A program made the position numbers and the translations under genes. This document shows, piece by piece, positions 48,855 through 61,399 of a stretch of DNA of 64,000 bases (its first letter is position 1; the number at the start of each line of letters is the position of its first letter). The DNA is from Mobula hypostoma (lineage: Eukaryota). The stretch covers positions 5,456,001-5,520,000 of the forward strand of contig NC_086097.1 in the NCBI RefSeq assembly GCF_963921235.1, written 5' to 3'. The notes under the pieces were generated by a model. The model did not search any database and was not told the origin of the DNA. It saw nothing but the letters and a program-made list of their open reading frames with translations.

Positions 48855-51800
48855 GTACCTCTTCCTAGAGATGCTGCCTGGCCTGCTGCGTTCACCAGCA
48901 ACTTTGATGTGTGTTGCTCGAATTTCCAGCATCTGCAGAATTTCTCGCATTTGCGTTTTTAAAAACACCTGTTCTGTATTTACTTGGTCAAATTTAAAAT
49001 TAAAAATGGTAGCCAATATTTCAACCTTTCAATTTAAGTCAACTGAAATAGTGGTGTCCTGCCTTCAAAGGCTGGAATAAGACCATTATGAAGATGTAAG
49101 ATAATTCCTAGAGCTAAATACAATTACCTTAGAAAATAAAAATATATTGTTTTTAAACTAAGTGCAGGTTGCTGTTCACTTCTTAAATAAATTATCAAAG
49201 ATATTACTCAGATTGTGACACAATGAGAGATATTTTCAGTGATATGAGGAGATAAACCACTGTATAGTTCGACTCCAGATATAAAAATTCAGACAGTTTG
49301 GATTATCTTGATTAGTCAGGATGTCAAAGGTTGTGGGGAGAAGGTAGGAGAATGTGGTTCAGAGGGATCAGCAGGATGGAAAGTCAGAGCAGACTCAATG
49401 GACCAAATAGCCTAATTCTGCTCCGATGTCTTATGGACAGAGACACCGAGACATCTTACTTCCAGTAAGGCGGTGGCACGGTATGCAGCGGCCTCTTTGG
49501 ACCACCAAAGGTGTTATATTCTTTGTTACATGTCTTTTTAACAATCACAAGGCAACTTCGGGCACTGCAGACCTGCCCCACCAGTGAGCTGTTCATTGGC
49601 GGAGGGGCTTGACTGAGCTACGGGAAGGCATCAGAAGCATCGGAGTTAGTGCATTAAGACGGCATGTAGTGTACCCGTGGGTGATTGTCTTGCATGCCTC
49701 TCTTCTAATCGCAAGACCCTGTTGGACATTGATAATGCAGAGATGCTGCAAGCCTGTTGCCCTTGTTTGGTGGCGTGACGGACAACTGGGTTGCTGTGAA
49801 GCCTTGCTTGTAGTGAAAACTGGGCCTCAGGCCTGCTTGCCTACTGCTGCAGCCCAGGAGAGGCAATACCAGAGGCGGTGCAGTGTGGCATCTATGCTTG
49901 GTGACGGGTTGACTTCTCATGTTGGTACTGTCCTCCAGTGGAATGACAGGCTGGATTGTGTGCATCTGTGCACTGCTGGGAACTGCACTATTAATCAGTA
50001 GGGCATGCTACTCAGGGACCCTGGGGTATGTGTATATTTTTTTTGTGTGACTGTTTTTTATTGCTTTCTACCTTGAATGTGCTGTGTATGTCATGCACCT
50101 TGGCCCCAGAGGAATGAAGTTTTGTTTGGCTGTTTTCACGTATGGTTGAATGATAATTAAATTTGAATATGATTTGATTTGAGTTGATTTGAAATCTAAG
50201 GCAGTACTATCCAGTGCTGTGTTCCGGTCTGAAATTGTCTAAGGCAGTAAGTATAAATGGGTTAAAATGGCATCGTAAGTAACATGACCATACCGGCAAA
50301 ATACTAACACTTCTTTCACCCCAGAATATGTGTTAAGCTTCAACATTATGAATCTATTTGCCCCATCACTAGGAGAAAGAAAAAACATATGAACTCGGCC
50401 ACAATAAGGACAAGGCATGCTGCAGTGTGTGAGAATGTGCAGAGGGATATATACCCCACTATATCACATATTGTCCTGATTTGGAAATATACTCCTCATC
50501 TTTCATCCTCACTTGATGCCATAACCTCCTGTTCAACAGTATTGTGGAAGCACCTTCAAAGAGGGGCCATGAAGATGCAAGAAGGTGGCTTTGTCACTTT
50601 CTCCAGGATTGTTGAGCATCTTCAATGTGATCCCTGAATCTGGTTGCAAATTGATGGGCAAATTTCTGCTGTCTTCTAGTCTAGTGAAACTAATTTTGAA
50701 CTTCACATTGACCACAGTCTAAACTCTCTCCTATTTCCAGAAACATTCAAAAATTAGGAGAAATTAACCAACATACTTTAAAATGTTAAATATTTTCAAA
50801 ATTTAAAAGCACATAAACATTTAAAATAATTTAATGTATTTTGTTTTAAATTCTGAATTACCTGAAACTTGCCTTTTTCCCATAAGACAGTGCTCCATTG
50901 GAATTACTGACAGTGGGTCCAGTCTCTAACCTGATGCAGGTCCACTCTGCAGATTTCTCCTCAGAACCACTGAGGAATCACTGGAAACTGGTGACCCCAC
51001 AATATTTTACCATCGCAGCAGCCACCAAGACACACACCGAGCATGGAGCATAGAGGCCTACAGTACAGGAACAGGCCATTTGGCCCACAATGTTGTACTG
51101 AGCCAGCTAAAAAGTAAATAATCCCTCCTACCTATGTCCATATCCCTCCATCTTCTTCATATTCATGTGCCTACTTAATTGTCTCTAAAAAGCCTCTAAT
51201 GTATTTGCCTCTATCACCATATCACCTCTGAGTAAAACTGATCCCTTACATCCCCTTTGAACATTCCACCTCTCAACTTCGATGCATGGCCCCTGGAATT
51301 AGTCATTTTTACCCAAATAAAAATTTGCACCGTGGCCTCAGAGGAACACTGTCTTGTTCAGCTGTATCCATATTTGGTTTGATTGATAATTAAACTTGTT
51401 ATAATTTGAAAAAGATTTGTCTGTCTAGTCTATCCATGTCTCTCATAATCTTATAAACCTCTATCAGATCTCCCCTCAGTTTCTGCCGCTCCAAAGAAAA
51501 CGATCCAGTTTTGTCCAAACTCTTGTTCTAGCGCATGCTGTCTAAAGCAGGCAGTGCCAGGAGTAGCTTCTTCCTCTCCGCCAGTAGATTTATGAATGGA
51601 CGATGAACACATGGACAATACTTCATTTTTTTCTCCCTTTATTACTCTGCCTTTGCATTACTTTAGGTTTTAAAATATATTTCTTATTGTAATTCAGAGT
51701 TTTTATTATCGTGTACTTTGCTGCAAAACACTGAATTTCATGACGTGTGCCAGTTTACTCTGAGTGAAGATTACTCCGTTTATGCAAGGGCAGTCAGAAT

Positions 51801-52747
51801 GACAGTAACAGAGATATCTCAGCAAGTTCAAAAGTGCTTCATTTCTACGTGCCTGAGCAGGAGTCCCAAACTTCACAACTATATCATGGGTATAGCTAAC
51901 AATTCTCACAATGACACCAACCAAGCTGGCCGCCTTTATTGACAGCAGGAGGACGTGCCAACCATTCCCAATGGTCCTGCACATTGTTTTGTATTTCTGA
52001 AAACAGATTGCAAATGCTGCAATTATTTGCAGCAAAAAATAAAGCATTTATTTATTCACAGAAGACATAAAATAACAAACATCTGTGCTAATCTGGCTGT
52101 ACACTGATGACTCATGGTGCAGCAGACCTTCGCTCATATATTTACATCTTTTGTAGCTGGAGACGTAATTGACTTTAATAGTTATCTTATTGCTATATAC
52201 AGGAACCTGTAGTGTTTAAAAAATGGAACTAAAATCTGTTTTTGTTTATTTTAAAATTTTTTTTTAGAGGTACAGTGTGGAATACGTCCTTCCAGCCCTT
52301 CTGGCCATGCAGTCCAGCAAACCCCCCAACAATTCACGATTTAACCCTAACCTAATCACAGGACAGTTTACAATGACTAATTAACCAACCATCTGGTACG
52401 TCTTTGGAATGTGGAAGGAAACCGGAGCACCTGGAGGAAATCTACACAGTTACAGAGAGACACACCGTCCAGTAACCCACCTACTTAGTCTGAGCCCAAT
52501 CACAGGACAAGTTACTTTGGGAACGATGATTTATTACTTTATACGTTTATTTTTATTTATTAGGAAACGGCATAAAATTGGTCCTTCAACCCCTTCAAGC
52601 CATGATTTAATCCTACCCTAATAACAGGATAATTTACAATGACAAATTAACCAACTCGGTACATCTTTGGACTGTGGGAGGAAGCCGGAGCAACCAGGGG
52701 AAACCTATGCGTTTCACAAGAAGGATGCACAAACTCCTTACAGAGGG

Positions 52748-53484
52748 CCCCAGACAGTCCTTCCAGGTGAGGCAACACTTCACCTGTGAGTCGGCTGGGG
52801 TGATATACTGCGTCCGGTGCTCCCGATGTGGTCTTCTATATATTGGTGAGACCCGACGCAGACTGGGAGACCGCTTTGCTGAACATCTACGCTCTGTCCA
52901 CTAGAGAAAGCAGGATCTCCCAGTAGCCACACATTTTAATTCCACATCCCATTCCCATTCTGACATGTCTATCCCGGCCTCCTCTACTGTAAAGATGAAG
53001 CCACACTCAGGTTGGAGGAACAACACCTTATATTCCGTCTGGGTAGCCTCCAACCTGATGGCATGAACATTGACTTCTCAAACTTCCGCCAATGCCCCAC
53101 CTCCCCCTCGTACCCCATCCGTTATTTATTTATATACACACATTCTTTCTCCCTCTCCTTTTTCTCCCTCTGTCCCTCTGACTATACCCCTTGCCCATCC
53201 TCTGGGTTTTTCCCCCCTCCCCTTTTGCCTTCTCCCTGAGCCTCCTGTCCCATGTTCCTCTCATATCCCTTTTGCCAATCACCTGTCCAGCTCTTGGCTC
53301 TATTTTCCCCCTCCTGTCTTCTCCTATCATTTTGGATCTCCCCCTCCCCCTCCCACTTTCAAATCTCTTACTAGCTCTTCCTTCAGTCAGTCCTGATGAA
53401 GGGTCTCGACACGAAACGTCGATGTTACCTCTTCCTAGAGATGCTGCCTGGCCTGCTGCGTTCACCAGCAACTTTGATGTGTGT
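52748..53484 (+). mobile_element. 5'-truncated PLE inserted into a minus-strand SINE
   Basis: GIY-YIG AGVIYCVRCSRCGLLYIGETRRRLGDRFAEH; hammerhead at 53389-53424; 13-bp TSD TCCTTACAGAGGG (52735-52747, 53485-53497). Confidence 0.88.
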
Positions 53485-54689
53485 TCCTTACAGAGGGTGC
53501 TGGAACTGAACTCTGAATCTGACACCCTGAACTGTAATAGTGTTGCACTAACTGCTAATGTTAACGTGCCCCCCTCACTCCACACACATGTCATACCTGC
53601 AACAGGTGCATGGGAGCTGTCAAGTTCAGGCATACATTAGATCTGATAGTTCGACAAAGGGAAAGGTGATTCATATGGGAGCTGAGCACCTCTCACTTCT
53701 AGCTTGTACTCCTTCCCCTCCCCCCAACTTCTTATTCTGCCATCTTCCCTTCCCTCCCCAGATCTGATGAAGAGTCTCGGCCTGACACACCATTCATTTC
53801 CATAGATGCTGGCTGACCTGAGTTCCTCCAGAGTTTTGTGTGTGTTGCTCTCGTTTGCCATCAACTGCAGAATTTCGAGTGTTTGTGATATGCACTCTTT
53901 TCTTTAGCCAAAGGTACATAGAATGATAGGTTCATTGTCCATTCTGAAATTGGATGGCAGAGGGGAAGAAGCTGTTCCTAAAACGTTGAGTCCATGTCGT
54001 CAGGCTCCTGTACCTTCTCCCTGATGAGAAGAGGGGATGTTCTGGGAGATGTGGAGTCCTTAATGATGGATACGAACTTCTTGATCCATCATCTTTTGAA
54101 GATGTTGGAGAGGCTAGTCCCCATGATGGAGCTGTCTGGGTTTGCAGTGTCACGGGATTAATTTGAAACATTGTCTTTTGGAGACGTCCTCGATGCTGAG
54201 GAGGATAGTGTCCATAGTGAAGCTGGCTGAGTTTGCAACATGATGGGATTATGTCCCTATTGTAACTCCTACACCCTTCGATTCATGTATACTCTACATA
54301 TACAGTTAGAAATTCTCCTAGTTGCTCCCTTCCCCAGAATGGTAAATGGGCTCCCCTCCACTTTCACCCAAGCAGGAAGACTGTCCATTGAAAAATCAGA
54401 GGTGAAAATTTGCTGTCAGCCACAGCAGGCTGACTAAGTGACATGGATGCTACGTACTGACCTTAGCTGACCTTTCTCGAGAAATAATATTTAAGAGGCA
54501 TTTGGTCAGGCTGGGAATAGAGGGATACAGACCATGTGTAGGCAGAATCGGAATGCAGTTTAACATCAAAGCGCAAAGTTCAAAGTAGATTTATTACCAA
54601 AGTTCATATGTCACCATATAAAACCCTGACATTCATTTTCTTATGGACATACTCAAAATAATAATTATAACAGGATCAATGAAAGGTCA

Positions 54690-57600
54690 ACCAAGGTCTG
54701 CGCAAGTCTGGTGAAGAGCTTTAAAAAGCAGGAATTTTTCTCAGTGCTCCTCTTTGATTGGAGTACTGCAAAGATGTAGTAGAAGTGTTCCCATATAAGT
54801 CTGGTGAAGAGCTTTAGAAACCCAGTCTCCATAAAAGAAAGGTACCGTCTAGCAGAGTGGTCATCGTTGGACTGGTCTGAGTCAGAGCGGTAAGGCTTCG
54901 GCTCAACAAAGCTTCAGTGAGAACAGACAGAGGCAAGGTAAGCAGGTAAGATCATTCCTTATTTCTTATTGATTATTTAATTCTTGAGAGAATAGGGGTT
55001 ATGTCAGCAGGGCCAGTGTTTTGTTCAAGGTGTCAGATGTGGGGTTTCCAGGAGACCTCCAGCCTTCCCGGCGGCCACATCTGCACCAGGTGCATTGAGA
55101 TGCAGCTCCTCAGAGACCATGTTAGGGAACTGGAGCTGCAGCTCGATGACCTTCGGCTTGTTAGGGAAAGTGAAGCAGTGGTAGACAGGAGCATGAGGGA
55201 GGAAGTCACCCCAATGTTACAGGAGAGAGATAAATCAGTGACTTTCAGGAGAGGGAAGGGGAAACGTCAGACAGTGGAGAGCAACCCTGTTGTCATCCAC
55301 CTCAACTGTAAGTACTCCACTTTGAGTACTGTTGTGGAGATGACCTACCTGGGGAAGAAACATCGGCCTGCCTCCAGTACTGAGTCTGGCCCTGTGGCTC
55401 AGAATGGTAGGGAACTGAAAAGAATGTAGGGGATTGTAGTTTGGGGGACAAATAGGTGATTCTGGGGATAAGTAAAAGAAACACGGATGGAGCTTGTCTC
55501 TCAGAAACTAGGGTCCACGATGTTTCTGAACACATCTACAATATCCTGAATAGGGAAGGTAAGCAGCCAGATTGGTACCAATGATGTAGGTAGAAAAAGG
55601 GAGGAGGTACTGAAAGTATAATACAGGGAGTTAGGAAGGAAGCTGAAAAGCAGGACCTTAAGCGTAACAATCTGCCTGTGCCATGCAACAGTGAGGATAG
55701 GAATAGAATGAGGTGGCAAATAAATGCAAAAATGCCATCCCCTTCTCACAATTCCTCCGCCTCCGCCGCATCTGCTCTCAGGATGAGGCTTTTCATTCCA
55801 GGATGAAGGAGATGTCTTCCTTTTTTAAAGAAAGGGGCTTCCCTTCCTCCTCCATCAACTCTGCTCTCAAACGCATCTCTCCCATTTCACGCACATCTGC
55901 TCTCACCCCATCCTCCCGCTACCCCACTAGGAATAAGGTTCCTGTTGTCCTCATCTACCACCCCACCAGCCTCCGGGTCCAACATATAATTATAATTCTC
56001 TGTAACTTCCGCCACCTCCAATGGGATCCCACCACTAAGCACATCTTTCCTCTCCCCCCCCCTTCTGCTTTCCACAGGGATTGCTCCCTACGTGACTCCC
56101 TTGTCCATTTGTCTCCCTCATCTCTTCCCACCAATCTCCCTCCTGGCACTTATCCTTGTAAGCGGAACAAGTGCTACACATGCCCTTACACTTCCTCCCT
56201 TACCACCATTCAGGGCCCCAAACTTGAGGCGAAACTTAACCTGTGAGTCGGCTGGGGTGATATACTGCATCTGGTGCTCCCAGTGCGGCCTTCTATGTAA
56301 TGGTGAGACCCAACGCAGACTGGGAGACCGTTTTGCTAAACAACTACGCTCTGTCTGCCAGAGAAAGCAGGATCTCCCAGTGGCCACACATTTTAATTCC
56401 ACGTCCCTTTCCCATTCTGACATGCCTATCCACGGCCTCCTCTTCTTTAAAGATGAAGCCACACTCAGGTTGGAGGAACAACACCTTACATTCCGTCTGG
56501 GTAGCCTCCAACGTGATGGCATGAACATTGACTTCTCAGACTTCCGCTAATGCCCCTCCTTCCCTTCTTACCGCATCCCTTCTTACCATATCCTTTATTT
56601 ATTTATTTATTCATTCATTCATTCCTTCCTTTCTTCCTTTTTTTCTCTCGCTTTTTTTCTCCCTCTGTCCCTCTCACTATAACGCCTTGCCTGCTTTCCA
56701 TCTTCCTCTGGGCTCCCCTCCCACTTTCTTTCTCCCTGGGCCTCCCGTCCCATGATCCTCTCCCTTCTCCAGCCTTGTATCCCCTTTGCCAATCACCTGT
56801 CCAGCTCTTGGCTACATCCCTCCCCCTCCTGTCTTCTCCTATCATTTCGGATCTCCCCCTCCCCCTCCCACTTTCAAATCTCTTACAATCTCTTCTTTCA
56901 GTTAGTCCTGACGAAGGGTCTCAGCCTGAAACGTTGACTGTACTTCTTCCTATAGATGCTGCCCGGCCTGCTGCTTTCCACCAGCATTTTGTGTGTGTTG
57001 CTTGAATTTCCAGCATCTGCAGATTTCCTCGTGTTGGCAAATGAATGTATGGCTGAAGAATTGGAGTAAAGGGCAGGGATACAGATTTCTAGATAATTGG
57101 GACCTCCTCTGGGGCAGGTGTGACCTGTACAAAAGGGACAGGTTGCACTTGAATCCGAGGGAGACCAATGTTCTTGCGGGCAGGATTACTAGGGCTGTTG
57201 GGAGTGGTTCAGTATCTCAATGGAATAAAGGGAATTACAAAGGCATGAAGATGAAACAGCAGGTTTACAAGTAGATCATGGATGTAACATGAATGTAAGG
57301 AAGGACAAGCCAATGATCCGGTATAAATGCAGATGGAGCAAGGATTTAAATTGTACCACAGAGGCAAAATTCAAAAGGGCGAAGATTGCAGGACTGAAGG
57401 TGCTAATTTAAATGCCTGTAGCATTCAGAATAAGGTTGACGATCTTGTGGTGCAATTAGAGATTGGTCAGTATGACATTGTGGGCATCACTGAGTCGTGG
57501 CTGAAAGAAGGTAATAGTTGGGAGTTTAACATCGAAGGATATGCTTTGTATCGAATGGACAGGCAGGAAGGCATAGGCGACAGTGTGGCTTTGTTAGTAA

Positions 57601-58860
57601 GAGATGGAATTACATCTTTCGAAAGAGCTGACATAGGGTCAGAGAGTGTTGAATGTTTGTGGGTGGAGATAACAAACAGCAAGGGTGAAAAAACATTATG
57701 GGGAATCATATATAGGCCTCCAAATAGTAGTCAAAATGTGGGGTTAAGATTGCAAAGGGAGCTGGAAAAGGCTTGTAATAAGGGTAATGTTACAATTGTA
57801 ATGGGGGACTTCAATATGCAGGGGGATTGGGAAAATCAGGTTGGTGTCAGATCGCAACGGTGGGAATTTGTTGAATACTTATGAGATAGCTTTTTAGAGC
57901 AGCCTATGCTTGATCATACTCGGGGAAAGGCTATCTTAGGCTGGATGTTGTGTAATAACCCAATTCTTATGAGGGAGCTTAACACAAAGGAACCCTTCGA
58001 AGGCAGTGATCATAATATGTTTGAATTCGTACTGCAGTTTGGGAGGGAGAAGCATAACTCACATGTATCAGTATCACAATGGAATAAAGGGAATTAGAGG
58101 CATGAGAGAGGAACTTTCCCAGATGGATTGTAGAAGGATACTGGCAGGGATGACGGCAGAGCAGAGGTGGCTGAAGTTTCTGAGAATCGTTCACAAGGCA
58201 CACGATAGATATGTCCCACTGAGAAAGAAGTTCTCAAATGGCAGGGGTAGGCAACCATAGCTGACAAAAGAGGACTGCATAACAGCCAAGGAAAGGCATA
58301 TAATGTAGCAAAAGTTGGATGACTGGGAAGCTTTTAAAATCCAACAAAAGGCAAATAAAAAAGCTATAAGAAAGGAAAAAATGAAATTTGAGGGCAAACT
58401 AGCTAATAATATAAAGCAGGATACCAGAGGTTTTTTTTTCAGTTATATAAAGAGAAAAAGGGAGGTGAGAGCTAATATTGGACCACTGGAAAATGATTCC
58501 TGTAAGGTAGTAATGGGGGACAAAGAAATGGCAGATGAAATAATGAGTACCATGGATCAGCCTTCACTGTGAAGACACTAGCAGTTGGCCAGAGATCCAT
58601 GAGTGTCAGGGAACAGGAGCAAGTGCCATTGCTATTACAAAGGAAAAAGTGCTAGGCAAAATCTAAGGCCATAAAGTGGATAAGTCACCTGGGCCAGATA
58701 AACCACATCCAAGGGTCCCGAGAGATATTGTTGAAGAGATAATGGATGCATTGGTCATGAATCAGTTGATTCTGGCATGGTCCCGGAAGACTGAAAATTT
58801 GCAAATGTCACGTCACTCTTTAAGAAGGAAGGAATGCAAAAAATAGGAAATTGCAGGCTG
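54690..58860 (+). mobile_element. Decayed CR1 LINE 5' half: 5' UTR, ORF1 (Zn finger/coiled coil, esterase-like remnant) and ORF2 endonuclease
   Basis: ORF 55001..55429 has CSRCQMW...CTRC followed by a leucine-rich heptad; GTND and LYKRDRLHLN esterase-like remnants; ORF 57327..57884 has GITESWL, YRPPN and MGDFN. Confidence 0.82.
55727..57034 (+). mobile_element. 5'-truncated PLE inserted in CR1 ORF1
   Basis: ORFs 55713..56246 and 56092..56550 (GTYPCKRNKCYTC; GIY-YIG); hammerhead at 56904-56939; TSD TGGCAAAT(A/G)AATG (55714-55726, 57035-57047). Confidence 0.88.
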
Positions 58861-59540
58861 AGCAACACACACAAAATGCTGGAGGAACTCAACAGGCCAG
58901 GCGGTATCTATGCAAAAGAGTACAGTTGACGTTTCAGGCCGAGACCGTTCGGCAGGACTGAAGAAAAAAAGCTGAGGAGTAGATTTAAAAGGTGGGGGAG
59001 AGGGGAGAGAAACAGAAGGGTGATAGGTGAAACCTGAAGAGGGGGAGGGATGAAGTAAAGAGCTGGGAAGTTAATTGGTGAAAAAGATACAGGGCTGGAG
59101 AATGGGGAAGTCTGATAGAAGAGGACAGAAGGCCATGGAGGAAAGAAAAGAGGGAAGGAGCACCAGAGGGAGGAAATGGGTGTGCAAGGAGATAAGGTGA
59201 GAGAGGGAAAAATGGATGGGGGGGGCATTACCGGAAGTTGGAGAAACCTACGTTCATGCCAACAGGTTGGAGGCTACCCAGATGGAATATAAGGTGATGT
59301 TCCTCCAACCAGAATGTGCCTTCATCATGAATCATGACAGTGGAGAAGGCCATGAGTAGACATATTGGAATGGGAATGGGAAGTGGAATTAAAATTATAT
59401 CAGAAAGACCCAACATAGATTGGGAGACTACTTTGCTGAGCACCTACGCTCCATCTGCCGGGAAAAGTGGGATCTCCCAGTGGCCACCCATTTTAATTCC
59501 ACTTCCCATTCCCATTCCTATATGTCTATCCATGGAAGGG
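58860..59540 (-). mobile_element. Older PLE fragment with a short inverted segment
   Basis: pLTR with a degenerate hammerhead at ~58923-58960, GIY-YIG C-terminus on the minus strand, then + strand ...DLPVATHFNSTSHSH (59420..). Confidence 0.7.
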
Positions 59541-60744
59541 AAGGCTGGGCATTGGGCCGCTGGAAGAGTTGGGCTGCCGGGCTGTGGTGGGAGAGTTGTG
59601 CCACCAGGCCATGGGAGAAGCCGGATTGGGTCTGGAGGGGGTGACTTGGGCATAGGTTGTGTTATTGCCTGCAGCTCGAAGGCATCGGAGATGGCGTGCG
59701 AAGGCAGTGTGCACTGAGGCATCGCCCTTTGAAGATGTCCTCAATGCTGTGGACACTAGTGCCCATGATGGTGCTTGCTGAGTTTGCAACTTGGGATTAG
59801 TTAGATTGACATGGTTGTCACGGGGGTGATGGTCTGAGGGTCCTGCTCTTTGTTATGACATGTGCTATGCTCTATGTTCTACAGTATGTTAATAATCAGC
59901 ATTTTCATTGTAATCCTGATGCAACAGATCCCCTTTAAATAGAGGAAATTGTAGAAATACACTCAGTGGCCTCTTTCTTAGGTGCCCCCTGTAGCTCATT
60001 CACTTCAAGGGTTGACATACTGTGCACTCAGAGATGCTCCTCTGCACGCCACTGTTGTAATGTGTGGTTATTGGTGCTTTTGTTGCCTTCCTGTCAGCTT
60101 GAACCCGTCTGGCCATTCTCCTCTGCCCTCTCTCATTAACTAGGCATTTTCACCCACAGAACTGCCACTCAGATCTTTTGGTGGTTTATTTTTGCACCAG
60201 TATCTGTAAGCTCTAGGGAAAGTTGTGTGTGCAATTCCCAAAAGATCAGCAGTTTCTGAGATACCCAAACCAAACCAATCTAGCACCAGCAATCATTTCA
60301 CAGTCAAAGTCACTCAGGTCAAATTTCTTCCCTATATTGATGGTTTGGTCTGAACAAGTGAACCTCTTGACCATGTCTACATGCTTTTGTGCATTGAATT
60401 GCTGCCACATGATTGGCTGATTAGCTCTTTGCATTAATGTGAGGTGTACAGGTTTGCCTAAGAAAGTGACCATTGAGCCTATCATGACAGGAAAGAGAAA
60501 GATTGAAATCCCATCAAAAATTAGGCCAAAATAGCTAAAATAAGGAGATTTTGCAGATGTTAGAAAATCCAGAGAAATACACACAAAATGCTGGAGGAAC
60601 TCAGCAGGTCAGGCAGTATCTATGGAAACAGTTGACGTAACAGGCGAGAGCCTTCAGCAGGACTGGAAAGGAAGGGGACAGATATCAGAATAAGAAGATG
60701 GGGGGAGGGGAAGCTGGGAGGGAATAGCTGAAACCAGGTGGGTG

Positions 60745-61399
60745 TGTGTCTGGCAGACAGAAAGCAGGATCTCCCAGTGGCCACACATTTTAATTCCACA
60801 TCCCATTCCCATTCTGACATGTCTATCCACAGCCTCCTCTACTGTAAAGATGAAGCCACACTCAGGTTGGAGGAACAACACCTTATATTCTGTCTGGGTA
60901 GCCTCCAACCTGATGGCATGAACATTGACTCCTCTAACTTCCGCTAATGCCCCTCCTCCCCTTCATACCCCATCCCTTATTTATTTATCTATCTATCCAT
61001 CTATTTTTTTTTCTCTCTCTTTTTTCTCCCTCTGTCCCTCTCACTATACTCCTTGCCAATCCCCCTAGGCTCCCCTCCCCCTTTCTTTCTCCCTAGGCCT
61101 CCTATCCCATGATCCTCTCCCTTCTTCAGCCCTTTTGTCAATCAACTTTCCAGCTCTTAGCTCCATCCCTCCCCCTCCTGTCTTCTCTGATCATTTAGTA
61201 TCTCCCCCTCCCTCTCCCCCTCCCACTTTCAAATCTCTTACCATTTTTTCTTTCAGTTAGTCCTGACGAAAGGTCTCGGCCTGAAACATTCACTGTACCT
61301 CTTCGTATAGATGCTGCCTGGCCTGCTGCGTTCACTACCATTTTTTATGTGTGTTCCTTGAATGTCCAGCATCTGCAGATTTCCTTGTGTTTGAGGAAG
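60745..61399 (+). mobile_element. PLE fragment nested, in opposite orientation, inside an older PLE-derived pLTR (~60550-61735)
   Basis: 20-bp TSD TAGCTGAAACCAGGTGGGTG (60725-60744, 61400-61419); GIY-YIG C-terminus ORF 60738..60947; hammerhead-like motif at 61259-61294. Confidence 0.82.

Larger units (their letters stand above)
46886..48963. mobile_element. Inverted (tail-out) Neptune-type PLE insertion with GIY-YIG ORF
   Basis: Minus part 46886-~48122 (ORF 47283..48137: linker RNKCYTC, AGVIYCVRCSRCGLLYIGKT, FAEH, VATHFN); plus part 48131-48963; 14-bp TSD AACACC(C/T)GTTCTGT (46872-46885, 48964-48977). Confidence 0.92.
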
